NCBI GenBank assembly: GCA_943787795.1
Contig: CALSNU010000007.1
Coordinates: 64,001 to 128,000 of the forward strand
Direction of reading: 5' to 3'
Length of the DNA stretch: 64,000 nt
DNA from: an uncultured bacterium
Lineage (GTDB): Bacteria; Planctomycetota; UBA1135; GCA-002686595
Below the pieces are notes generated by a model. That model searched no databases, was not told the DNA's origin, and worked only from the letters and a program-made list of their open reading frames with translations. Positions 1 to 8,549 of this stretch are shown in pieces (position 1 is the stretch's first letter; each line of letters starts with the position of its first letter). The translations under genes were made by a program, and so were the position numbers.

Positions 1-66
1 ACCGCCGCCAGTGGGACGCAACTCAGCAATCTCCGCCTGCCGCCAGCTTCAACCCCTCTCGGAACT

Positions 67-900
67 TTGGGACTTCGAGTCAACACCAACATCGCATCGA
101 TGACCGCTCAGCGAAATCTGAGCGTCTCCTCGAGCCGCCTTCAAGGCAACTTCTCCCGGCTCGCTTCCGGTCTTCGAATTGCCACCGCGGCAGACGACGC
201 CGCCGGACTGGCCATCTCCGAGCGCATGCGCTCGCAAATCAAGTCCTACGCCGTGGCAGGCCGCAACGCGATGGACGGAGTGTCCCTCGCTCAGACCGCA
301 GAAGGCGCCCTTGGTGAGGTGAGCGGCATCCTGACCCGGATGCGCGAGCTCACCATGCAGAGCGCCAACGGGACGCTCAGCGCTAGCGATCGAGCGACCC
401 TTGACAACGAATTCGACCAGCTGAAGGACGAGGTCAACCGGATCTCGAACACCACGCAGTTCAACGGGATCAACCTCCTCGATGGGTCGGCCTCGACAGG
501 CATCCCGATCCAGGTGGGCATCGGCAACAGCCTCACCAACGACGTCATCAGCGTCACCCTTGATTCGACCTCGACATCCCAGCTGTCCATCGCGGCGGCT
601 GACCTCAACTCGATCACTGGCGCCCAATCGGCCCTTGCGAGCATCGACACCGCCATCGGCGCGGTCAACGACGCTCGAGGGATCCTCGGGGCACAACAGA
701 ACAGGATGGAGAGTTCGCTGCGCAGCATTCAGGTGCAGCGCGAGAACCTCTCTGCATCCGAGAGCCGCATCCGCGACGTCGACGTCGCCATGGAGACCGC
801 GGACCTCACCCGTAACTCGATCATGCAGCAGGCTGCCACCTCGATCCTCCAGCAGGCCAACGTCCAGCCGCAGATCGCGCTCTCTCTCCTCCAGGGCTGA
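67..900 (+). CDS. fliC: Flagellin 1 (short type, TTG start)
   Basis: Flagellin N-terminus (LASGLRIATAADDAAGLAIS) and C-terminus (SASESRIRDVDVAMETADLT); 277 aa. Confidence 0.97.
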   Translation: MGLRVNTNIASMTAQRNLSVSSSRLQGNFSRLASGLRIATAADDAAGLAISERMRSQIKSYAVAGRNAMDGVSLAQTAEGALGEVSGILTRMRELTMQSANGTLSASDRATLDNEFDQLKDEVNRISNTTQFNGINLLDGSASTGIPIQVGIGNSLTNDVISVTLDSTSTSQLSIAAADLNSITGAQSALASIDTAIGAVNDARGILGAQQNRMESSLRSIQVQRENLSASESRIRDVDVAMETADLTRNSIMQQAATSILQQANVQPQIALSLLQG

Positions 901-958
901 TCAGCCCCGCCAGAGTCACAACGAAAAAGAAGCGGCCTTCGGGCTCGATTCGCTGAGT

Positions 959-989
959 GGGGGGGAGATCTCCCAAGGGTCTCCCCCCC
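959..989 (+). terminator. GC-rich hairpin after flagellin 1 (terminator or mRNA-stabilising stem)
   Basis: GGGGGGGAGATC...GGTCTCCCCCCC inverted repeat; no clear U-tract. Confidence 0.45.
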
Positions 990-1184
990 TATTCCTCTCG
1001 CCGTCGAACCGCGCCGCGCCTGGCACCCACGTCAGGTTCGCTCTCTGAAACCAAACCTACGCCCTCCGCAGTCGCTGCCCAGCAGCTGGCTGCAGGCGCG
1101 CCCTCGAGACCCACGTGTCTGAGGCGCCGCCCAGGGCGACACCGCACAACGACTGGCGCCTTCAGCGCGCGCCCGGTTGGAGTC

Positions 1185-1205
1185 CCGAGCTCGTGAACGG
1201 CTCGG
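1185..1205 (+). promoter_or_regulatory. Candidate cis-regulatory RNA hairpin upstream of flagellin 2
   Basis: CCGAGC-T-CG-TGAA-CG-GCTCGG; same architecture at 2275-2295 with compensatory stem changes. Confidence 0.55.
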
Positions 1206-1271
1206 CTCGCTCTGGCTGGTCCCGCCGCTGAAGCAACCTGGCACCGGTCGTCTCTTGTCAGTTCACAACCT

Positions 1272-1303
1272 CCAAGCAACCAAGCAACCAAGCAACCAAG
1301 CAA
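1272..1303 (+). repeat. 8-bp tandem repeat (CCAAGCAA)x4 just upstream of the flagellin 2 start
   Basis: Four exact copies ending 6 nt before ATG 1310. Confidence 0.95.
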
Positions 1304-1309
1304 TACACC

Positions 1310-2134
1310 ATGGGACTTCGCGTCAACACCAACGTTGCGTCAATGAACGCGCAGCGGAACCTGTTCAACTCCAGCCAGCAACTCGGCGGCAACTTCGCCA
1401 GGCTCTCCTCCGGCCTGCGCATCTCGAGCGCGGCGGACGACGCCGCCGGCCTCGGCATCTCCGAGCGCATGCGGGCTGACATCCGGTCCTACTCGGTGGC
1501 GAGGCGTAACGCCCAGGACGGCATCTCGCTCGTCCAGACCGCCGAAGGCGCCCTCAATGAGGTCAGCAACATCCTTGGCCGGATGCGTGAGCTGTCCATG
1601 CAGTCAGCAAACGGCACGCTCAGCGCCACCGACCGCTCGACTCTCGACGGCGAGTTCCAGCAGCTCGTGGGCGAGGTCGACCGGATCTCCGAGACCACGC
1701 AATTCAACGGCGTCGATCTGCTCGACGGCACCGCGACCTCGATCTCGATCCAGGTCGGGATCAACAACACCGCGGACGACACGATCTCGTTGAGCCCCGC
1801 CGATGTCTCAACGAGCACGCTCAGCCTGACCGCCAGTTCGATCAGCACCCTGGGCAGCGCCACGACGATGCTCACGACGCTCGACAACGCCATCGACTCG
1901 GTGAACAACGCCCGAGGTGTCCTCGGCGCGCAGCAGAACCGCCTGGACAGCACGCTCCGTTCGCTCTCGAACGTCCGCGAGAACACCAGCGCAGCAGAGA
2001 GCCGAATCCGCGACGTGGATGTCGCCATGGAAACGGCTGATCTGACCCGCAACTCCATCCTGCAGCAGGCGTCCACGTCGATCTTGCAGCAGGCCAACTC
2101 CCAGCCGCAGCTCGCGCTGTCGCTCCTGGGATGA
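1310..2134 (+). CDS. fliC: Flagellin 2
   Basis: Flagellin N- and C-terminal motifs (LSSGLRISSAADDAAG; AAESRIRDVD); 274 aa. Confidence 0.97.
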   Translation: MGLRVNTNVASMNAQRNLFNSSQQLGGNFARLSSGLRISSAADDAAGLGISERMRADIRSYSVARRNAQDGISLVQTAEGALNEVSNILGRMRELSMQSANGTLSATDRSTLDGEFQQLVGEVDRISETTQFNGVDLLDGTATSISIQVGINNTADDTISLSPADVSTSTLSLTASSISTLGSATTMLTTLDNAIDSVNNARGVLGAQQNRLDSTLRSLSNVRENTSAAESRIRDVDVAMETADLTRNSILQQASTSILQQANSQPQLALSLLG

Positions 2135-2157
2135 TCTGAACCACTCGCTTCGGTCAG

Positions 2158-2184
2158 CTCCCCCGGCGTGCAATTCCGGGGGAG
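2158..2184 (+). terminator. Hairpin after flagellin 2
   Basis: CTCCCCCGG-N9-CCGGGGGAG perfect 9-bp inverted repeat; no U-tract. Confidence 0.45.
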
Positions 2185-2274
2185 TGGACCTGCGGCTCGA
2201 GAGAGCGCGTAGTTCCCGACAGAACGTGAGTGCCCGCCAAGACTGAACGCGCCCAAACCTGGAGCTCGTTGGAA

Positions 2275-2295
2275 CTCTGTTCGTGAACGGCAGGG
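2275..2295 (+). promoter_or_regulatory. Candidate cis-regulatory RNA hairpin upstream of flagellin 3
   Basis: CTCTGT-T-CG-TGAA-CG-GCAGGG; paralogous to 1185-1205. Confidence 0.55.
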
Positions 2296-2389
2296 ACTCC
2301 AGCGGTGGAAGGGAGGGCCTAGGTAGCGATCAGTCAAGGCAAGGAATCGTTCGCACCTCGACTCCATATCCGACAACTGAGAAAATCGA

Positions 2390-3211
2390 ATGGGACTTCG
2401 CGTCAACACCAACGTTGCGTCAATGAACGCGCAACGCAACCTCTTTAACAGCAGCGCCCAACTGGGCGGTAACTTCGCTCGCCTCTCCTCGGGCCTGCGT
2501 ATCTCCAGCGCGTCTGACGACGCCGCCGGCCTCGGTATCTCCGAGCGCATGCGGGCCGACATTCGCTCCTACGGCGTCGCTTCTCGCAACGCCCAGGACG
2601 GTGTCTCCATGGTTCAGACGGCCGAAGGCTCTCTGAACGAAGTGAGTGACATCCTCGGCCGTATGAGGGAGCTGTCCATGCAGGCCTCCAACGGCACTCT
2701 GAGCGCCGATGACCGGAGCACGCTTGACGGCGAGTTCCAGCAGCTCGTGGAGGAGGTCGACCGGATCTCCGCCACGACGCAGTTCAACGGCGTCCAGCTC
2801 CTCGACGGCTCCAACACCTCGATCTCGATCCAGGTCGGCATCGACGGTACCGCCAACGACACCATCTCGGTGACCGGCGCGGACACGACCGCCTCGACGC
2901 TCGGCGTCAACGGCGGGATCACCACCCAGGCCGCCAGCACCGCGATGCTCGCCTCGATCGACACCGCGATCAACAGCGTCAACTCTTCGCGCGGTACCCT
3001 CGGCGCCCAGCAGAACCGCCTCGACAGCACCCTCCGCTCTCTCGCCAGCGTGCGCGAGAACACGAGCGCTGCTGAGAGCCGGATCCGCGACGTGGACGTC
3101 GCCTTCGAGACCGCGGACCTGACCCGCAACTCGATCCTGCAGCAGGCCGCCACGTCGGTCCTCGCCCAGGCGAACGCTCAGCCTCAGCTGGCGCTCTCCC
3201 TTCTCGGCTGA
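2390..3211 (+). CDS. fliC: Flagellin 3
   Basis: Flagellin N- and C-terminal motifs; 273 aa. Confidence 0.97.
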   Translation: MGLRVNTNVASMNAQRNLFNSSAQLGGNFARLSSGLRISSASDDAAGLGISERMRADIRSYGVASRNAQDGVSMVQTAEGSLNEVSDILGRMRELSMQASNGTLSADDRSTLDGEFQQLVEEVDRISATTQFNGVQLLDGSNTSISIQVGIDGTANDTISVTGADTTASTLGVNGGITTQAASTAMLASIDTAINSVNSSRGTLGAQQNRLDSTLRSLASVRENTSAAESRIRDVDVAFETADLTRNSILQQAATSVLAQANAQPQLALSLLG

Positions 3212-3226
3212 TCCGAGACCCCAAAC

Positions 3227-3264
3227 TCCGCCGTGACGCTCCCCTCGGGGCGCGCCACGGCGGA
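3227..3264 (+). terminator. Hairpin after flagellin 3
   Basis: TCCGCCGTG...CACGGCGGA outer stem with an inner CCCC/GGGG stem; no U-tract. Confidence 0.45.
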
Positions 3265-3450
3265 CCGTGCGCCCCCGGCTTTGCTTGGATGTCGGGGGCG
3301 CCTCTCGTTCTTGCCGTCTCCGAGCTCTCCTGGGTCGTCCGCCGGGGTGGAAATCTTTTCTCGATGGTTCGGCCGCTGGACGAGCCGATCACCCTGTCTC
3401 TGAGCGAGAACCGAAGCCGTCCAACGGCGAGGGCTTGCAGAGATCTCCGC

Positions 3451-3477
3451 TCAAGTCGGTGGCGCCGCTGCCGACAA
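3451..3477 (+). promoter_or_regulatory. Sigma28 (FliA) promoter of fliD
   Basis: TCAAG-N14-GCCGACAA, close to the TCAAG/TAAAG-N14-GCCGATAA consensus, 35 nt before the fliD ATG. Confidence 0.7.
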
Positions 3478-3512
3478 CCCATCCGGGCGCGCTTGCCGCG
3501 CCCATAATCGTC

Positions 3513-5033
3513 ATGGTCAGCACCTCAGGAATCAGCTTCTCCGGCCTCGGGAGCGGTTTGGACACAAGCGCGATCGTGAGCCAGCTCATGGCCGTGGAGC
3601 GGATCCCGATCAATTCGCTGCAGGGGCGCAAGGGCACCGAGGAGCGCCGGCTTGATCTCGTCGGTCAGCTCGGGGACCTGGTGAAGACGCTCAAGGAGAA
3701 GGCGGAAGACCTCTCTTCTCCGGCTGAATTCTACGCTTACGCCGCCTCCATCTCGGACGAGTCCGTGGCGGCCGTGACGGCCGGTTCGACCGCCGAGCCC
3801 GGGTCCCACTCGCTGGACGTCCAGCGGCTCGCGGGGACCGACCGATGGGCCTTTGATGCGGTGAGCGCCCGCGACGTTGACCTGACCGACACGGCGGGTC
3901 AGCAGCTCGTCTTCAGCGTGGGGACCACCAACTACTCGCTCACTGTGGATCCCGAGGCTTCGACGCTGGATGAGATTGCCTCTCAGATCAACCAGATGGC
4001 GCCGGACGACGTCAGCGCGTCGGTGGTGAACACCGGGACGGAGTCCAACCCGAGCTTCCAGCTCGTCCTCACCTCAGAGAAGTCGGGGGAAGAGGGGCGG
4101 ATTACCGAACTCTTCTCGAACATCTCGGGAGCCTCCGAGTCGCTGGCGGTGACGTGGGCTCCGCCGGACCTCAATGGCGAAGCGCAGAGCGCCAACAACG
4201 TGACCGTGGGTAATGACGCGCTCGCCACGATCAACGGGCTCGAGGTTCGACGGTCGGATAACACCTTCAGCGGTGTGATCGAGGGCGTGACCCTGGACCT
4301 CAGGTCGACGACCCCCGATGGGCCAGTCTCGATCTCAATTGACCCCGACCGGGAGGCGGTGCGGGGCAAGATCGACAGCTTCGTGACGGCCTACAACGCC
4401 GCCATGGAGTTCATGAACAACCAGAGCCGCTTCACCCCGGCAGAGGGTGACGACGGCGGAGGTGAGACCGGCGGCCTCCTCTTCGGAGACTCGCTGCTCA
4501 GTAACGTCAGGCGCAGCCTCCAGCGCTCGCTCTTCGACGTGGACGTCAACACCGTGGCGAACGACACAGAGGGCTACAGCACGCTCTCGTTGGTCGGTAT
4601 CGACCAGGCGCAGGACGGCACGCTGTCGGTGGATTCAGCTGTCTTCGATGAGAAGTTCACGGGCAACCTCGAGGCTCTGATGGACCTGTTCGCGGACACC
4701 GATGGCTTCGACAACGGCGGTGCAGCGGTCAATACGCCGGAGTACTACATGGACACCACGGCGGATACCGGCCTGATGAACAGGCTCGTTCGGGAGGTCG
4801 ACCAGATGTTTGGCGACCTCGCGGCGGCGGATGGCGTCGAGGTGCAGGGCATCTTCGACCTCCGCGAGGACGCGATCAGGCAGTCCATCGAACGGTATGA
4901 AGACCGGATCGAGCGCCGCGAGGATCGCCTCGGGAAGTACGAAGAGACGCTCATTCTCCGCTTCGCGCGACTCGAGGAGCTCCTGGGCGGCCTGAACGCC
5001 CAGGGGACGGCCCTCAACAGCATGCTCGGCTGA
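3513..5033 (+). CDS. fliD: Flagellar filament cap protein FliD
   Basis: ISFSGLGSGLDTSAIVSQLM N-terminus and FARLEELLGGLNAQ C-terminus; start moved to ATG 3513. Confidence 0.95.
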   Translation: MVSTSGISFSGLGSGLDTSAIVSQLMAVERIPINSLQGRKGTEERRLDLVGQLGDLVKTLKEKAEDLSSPAEFYAYAASISDESVAAVTAGSTAEPGSHSLDVQRLAGTDRWAFDAVSARDVDLTDTAGQQLVFSVGTTNYSLTVDPEASTLDEIASQINQMAPDDVSASVVNTGTESNPSFQLVLTSEKSGEEGRITELFSNISGASESLAVTWAPPDLNGEAQSANNVTVGNDALATINGLEVRRSDNTFSGVIEGVTLDLRSTTPDGPVSISIDPDREAVRGKIDSFVTAYNAAMEFMNNQSRFTPAEGDDGGGETGGLLFGDSLLSNVRRSLQRSLFDVDVNTVANDTEGYSTLSLVGIDQAQDGTLSVDSAVFDEKFTGNLEALMDLFADTDGFDNGGAAVNTPEYYMDTTADTGLMNRLVREVDQMFGDLAAADGVEVQGIFDLREDAIRQSIERYEDRIERREDRLGKYEETLILRFARLEELLGGLNAQGTALNSMLG

Positions 5034-5091
5034 GCAACCAAGAACACAACTCTCCGTCGCGCAGCGACACATCCTGCTTATCTCCTATCGC

Positions 5092-5484
5092 ATGGCTCCC
5101 AAGTTGACCGCCGCCGAGGCTTACCTGAGCTCCTCCGTCGAGAACGCTCCGCCGATCAAGATCGTCCGCCTCCTCTACCAGGGCGCGATTCGATTCCTCG
5201 GCCAAGCTGCTCTCGAGGACAGCAAGGATCCCCGGTCGAACTTCATCAAGCTGCTCTCGGACGCAGACGCCATCGTGGCCGAGCTCCGGCTGGCTCTCGA
5301 TGACAGCGCGGCGAGCTCGGAGGTGGTCTCTAACCTCGAGCGCCTCTATCTCTTCTGCGAGGCTGAGATTCAGCGGGCCATGCTGGACCGCTCCTCGGAA
5401 CCGCTCCGCGGAGCGAAGTCCGTCCTCGAGACCCTGCTCGAAGCATGGTCAAAGGTCGAGGTCGAGGCCGCGCGGGCCGCGTGA
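5092..5484 (+). CDS. fliS: Flagellin export chaperone FliS
   Basis: Position after fliD; LLYQGAI, NLERLYLF, LLEAW motifs. Confidence 0.92.
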   Translation: MAPKLTAAEAYLSSSVENAPPIKIVRLLYQGAIRFLGQAALEDSKDPRSNFIKLLSDADAIVAELRLALDDSAASSEVVSNLERLYLFCEAEIQRAMLDRSSEPLRGAKSVLETLLEAWSKVEVEAARAA

Positions 5485-5858
5485 CTTCCGCGGATGGAGC
5501 CTTCGGGCGCCTCGCCGAGGCGCGCCGAGCTATGGAGGACGGGCTGGCGCTCCTGGATGGTGCCTCCGCCGAGGACGCGGATGTTCCCGTCGCCTTGGGG
5601 CGGCTGGCCGCGACGCTTGCGTCCGTCGGTGACTTCGCCGCCATGCGAGACAGCGTCCCCGCGGACGGTCGTGAGCGCTTCGATGATCAGCTCGAAGACT
5701 TGCTCCGACTGAACGCCGTCCTGACGGCAGCGGTCAAGCAGGACCGAGACGCCTTGCTGCAGCGCCTCAAGGTCACTCGAGAGTCGCGCCGCGACCTCGC
5801 GCGGCAGGTGAGCGGCGCGCCTGACGGCGCGGGCAACCGCTGCGATGTGTCGGGCTAA
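5481..5858 (+). CDS. Small helical flagellar protein, FliT/FlgN-like chaperone candidate
   Basis: GTGA overlap with the fliS stop; helical composition; occupies the usual fliT position. Confidence 0.5.
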   Translation: MTSADGAFGRLAEARRAMEDGLALLDGASAEDADVPVALGRLAATLASVGDFAAMRDSVPADGRERFDDQLEDLLRLNAVLTAAVKQDRDALLQRLKVTRESRRDLARQVSGAPDGAGNRCDVSG

Positions 5859-5927
5859 GCGACAGCAACCGTCGTGAAATCCAACACCGTGCGCCGCTGA
5901 GGACGCACGAGGGCCCCTCGAACGGGG

Positions 5928-5943
5928 TTGGCACGGCCCTTGC
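5928..5943 (+). promoter_or_regulatory. Sigma54 -24/-12 promoter of the fliO-fliA operon
   Basis: TTGGCACGGCCCTTGC matches TGGCAC-N5-TTGC exactly, 36 nt before the fliO ATG. Confidence 0.85.
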
Positions 5944-5979
5944 GATAGAGCGTGTCCCGGCGAATCCGTCCGGGGCCTC

Positions 5980-6531
5980 ATGACGCTCCATCCAGCTCTT
6001 CAACTCCAAAGCGGCGCAGCCCTCACGGCGCCCCTCGCGCCCTCCGTAGGGCCTGATCTCGGCTGGCTCTTCGCCATGGTCGCGGTCTTCGTGGTCACGA
6101 TCGCTGGCCTCGCCCTTCTCTTCCGCAAGGTGGTGGGTGGTTCCCTCAAGGCTCGAGCGAGCAAGCGGGATATGCACGTCCTCGACGTGCTCCCGCTGGG
6201 GAACAAGCGGCAGCTCGCTGTGGTGCGCTGCTACGACCGGACCTTCGCGCTCGGGCTCGGGGAGCGGAGCGTCGACCTGGTCGCAGAGCTCGACTCGCAG
6301 GCCATCGACCATGACCAAACCCAGCAAGCTGCGGGGATTGAAGCGCCCTTCATGAATCGCCTGGAGGAGGCCAAGTCCAGGCTCCTCGGGATTCAGGAGC
6401 TCGCGCCGCAGCCCGCTACGGACCGGACCGGGGGCGCCGATCCTCGGCGCTCGTCGTCCGCGAGCGCTCCGCAGGTTGCCCCGACCGAGGTCGCCCCGTC
6501 CGGCGGCGCGACCAGGGAGTTCATCGCATGA
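5980..6531 (+). CDS. fliO: Flagellar biosynthesis protein FliO
   Basis: Single TM helix followed by VLDVLPLGNKRQLAVV; directly upstream of fliP. Confidence 0.85.
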   Translation: MTLHPALQLQSGAALTAPLAPSVGPDLGWLFAMVAVFVVTIAGLALLFRKVVGGSLKARASKRDMHVLDVLPLGNKRQLAVVRCYDRTFALGLGERSVDLVAELDSQAIDHDQTQQAAGIEAPFMNRLEEAKSRLLGIQELAPQPATDRTGGADPRRSSSASAPQVAPTEVAPSGGATREFIA

Positions 6532-7454
6532 AGTGGGCGGCCTCGCTCCTGACGGTGGTCCTGGCCATGGGGGCCGGCGCTCTGCCGGCGCTCTCGGCGT
6601 CCCCTGCGGTCTCGATCGCTCCGGCCACGGCCCAGGCGGACCTCGAGGACCAGAGCAGCGTCGGACCGACGGAGCTGGCGCCCAATGAGTCTGCCGAGAT
6701 CGCTGGCGCGGTCCAGGAGGAGGTCCCGACGGTCAGCCAGGAGGAGGGTCGGCTCTCCTCTGCGGTGGAGATCGCCCTCCTCCTCACGGTCCTCAGCCTC
6801 CTGCCGGCGATCCTGATCACGCTCACGAGCTTCACCCGCATCGTGATCGTCCTCTCATTTGTCCGGCGAGCCCTCTCACTCAACGAGCTCCCGCCCAACC
6901 CCGTCATCATCGGCCTGGCGCTCTTCCTCACGATGTTCGTGATGGCACCGGTAGGCTCGGACCTCTACGGGAACGCCTGGAAGCCGTACGAGAAGGGAGA
7001 GATCCAGATCGAAGAGTGCGCGGACCGGGCCTGGGGCAGCCTCAGCGGCTTCCTGGTCGCCAACACCCGACAGAAGGAGCTCGCGCTCTTCGCCGAGATC
7101 GCCGGGAACGACGAGGCGGTGACGTTTGCCTTCTCTGGCACCCTGGACGCAGATGAGGCGCAGGACCTCGCCGCGCCCCAGATGAAAGCCGAGGACCTGC
7201 CCATCACGGTGGTGATCCCAGCCTTCATCCTCAGCGAGTTGAAGACGGCGTTCCAGATGGGCTTCCTGCTCTTCCTGCCGTTCCTCGTGATCGACCTCGT
7301 GGTGGCGAGCGTGCTGCTCTCCATGGGCATGTTCATGCTCCCTCCGGTCATGATCTCGACGCCGATCAAGGTGCTCCTGTTCGTCCTCGTGGACGGTTGG
7401 CGCCTGGTCACCGCCTCAATCGTCACCTCCTTTGCCACCGTCGCTGGCGGCTGA
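6528..7454 (+). CDS. fliP: Flagellar export gate FliP
   Basis: TSFTRIVIVLS, PAFILSELKTAFQMGF, KVLLFVLVDGW. Confidence 0.97.
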   Translation: MKWAASLLTVVLAMGAGALPALSASPAVSIAPATAQADLEDQSSVGPTELAPNESAEIAGAVQEEVPTVSQEEGRLSSAVEIALLLTVLSLLPAILITLTSFTRIVIVLSFVRRALSLNELPPNPVIIGLALFLTMFVMAPVGSDLYGNAWKPYEKGEIQIEECADRAWGSLSGFLVANTRQKELALFAEIAGNDEAVTFAFSGTLDADEAQDLAAPQMKAEDLPITVVIPAFILSELKTAFQMGFLLFLPFLVIDLVVASVLLSMGMFMLPPVMISTPIKVLLFVLVDGWRLVTASIVTSFATVAGG

Positions 7455-7457
7455 TCG

Positions 7458-7733
7458 ATGGCGCTCGATACCTACATCGTTGACCTCGCTCGCGAGCTGA
7501 TCTTCGTCGTGCTGGTCGTCTCCGGCCCGATCATGGGCGTCGGCCTCGTCGTCGGCGTGGCGGTCAGCCTCTTCCAGGCGCTCACGTCGGTCCAGGAGCA
7601 GACGCTCTCCATGGTGCCGAAGATGCTCGCGGTGATGGGGGCCACGCTCCTCATCCTGGCGCCCGCCCTGCAGTACCTCGGGAGCTACACCGCCGGTGTC
7701 CTCGAAAGGCTCACGGACTTCGGACTTCAGTGA
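7458..7733 (+). CDS. fliQ: Flagellar export gate FliQ
   Basis: FQALTSVQEQTLSMVPK. Confidence 0.96.
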   Translation: MALDTYIVDLARELIFVVLVVSGPIMGVGLVVGVAVSLFQALTSVQEQTLSMVPKMLAVMGATLLILAPALQYLGSYTAGVLERLTDFGLQ

Positions 7734-8548
7734 TGCTCCCGATCGCGACACAGCTTGGGCCCAACGGCCTCGTCGAAGCGCTCTTCATGCCGGGCATGCT
7801 TGAGAGCATCGGCCTGTTCATGACGCGTACCGGCGCGCTGCTGCTGCTGACCCCGCTCATCGGGTCTGGCGCCTCGTTCCAGGGCTACAAGATCGCCCTC
7901 GTCGTCTCGGTGAGCGCGGCCATGTTCCTGGCTCAGGGGCTCCCGCCCGTCATCGTCACCTCACCTGTGGAGCTCGCCCTCCACATCGGACGCGAGATGA
8001 CGCTCGGCTTCGCCTTGGCCTTCGTCCTCCACCTCGTCCTGATGGCGATGCGGGTGGGCTCCGAGCTGATCGGGAACGAGATGGCCTTCAACATGGCGAA
8101 CTCTGTCGACCCGAGCACCGGTGAGTCGATGCCGGTCCTCTCGAGGATGAACGAGTCGCTGTTCTTCCTGGCGCTGCTCTCCGTTGATGGTCACCACTGG
8201 GTCATCCGGGCCCTCGCTGAGTCCTTCGACCGGGCGCCGATCGGCTCTCTGTCGGTGGGCCCGGATCTCCCGCACATGATCGCGACGTTCTTCTCGCAGA
8301 TGTTCTCTGCGGGGATCGCCTTCGCTGCGCCCATCCTGGCGCTGCTCATGATGGTGTCCCTGACCATCGGGCTCATCGCCCGAGCGGTCCCGCAGGTCAA
8401 CATCATGGACCTCGGCTTCAGCCTCCGCGTCGGCGGCGGCTTGATGGCCATCGGACTCCTCAGCCCGACTCTCGCACCGGCGATGCACTCGCTGCTCGAG
8501 CACTTCATGACGGGCCTCGAGGCTGGACTCGACGCGATGGAGGTCTGA
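7733..8548 (+). CDS. fliR: Flagellar export gate FliR
   Basis: DGHHWVIRALAESF, IARAVPQVNI; start at ATG 7733 or GTG 7730. Confidence 0.95.
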   Translation: MLPIATQLGPNGLVEALFMPGMLESIGLFMTRTGALLLLTPLIGSGASFQGYKIALVVSVSAAMFLAQGLPPVIVTSPVELALHIGREMTLGFALAFVLHLVLMAMRVGSELIGNEMAFNMANSVDPSTGESMPVLSRMNESLFFLALLSVDGHHWVIRALAESFDRAPIGSLSVGPDLPHMIATFFSQMFSAGIAFAAPILALLMMVSLTIGLIARAVPQVNIMDLGFSLRVGGGLMAIGLLSPTLAPAMHSLLEHFMTGLEAGLDAMEV

Positions 8549-8549
8549 G

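Noticed and set aside
1..66. GGGACGCAA at 13-21, resembling part of the c-di-GMP-I riboswitch, upstream of flagellin 1
   Set aside because: No GNRA-capped P2 or recognisable P3 around it, and the 5' context is outside the window
2197..2222. TCGAG-N13-CCCGACAG as a sigma28 promoter for flagellin 3
   Set aside because: Spacing one base short and both elements mismatched
3267..3512. 82-aa N-terminal extension of FliD in the ORF track (similar extensions on several other ORFs)
   Set aside because: Family homology starts at a downstream ATG, and the extension overlaps promoter sequence
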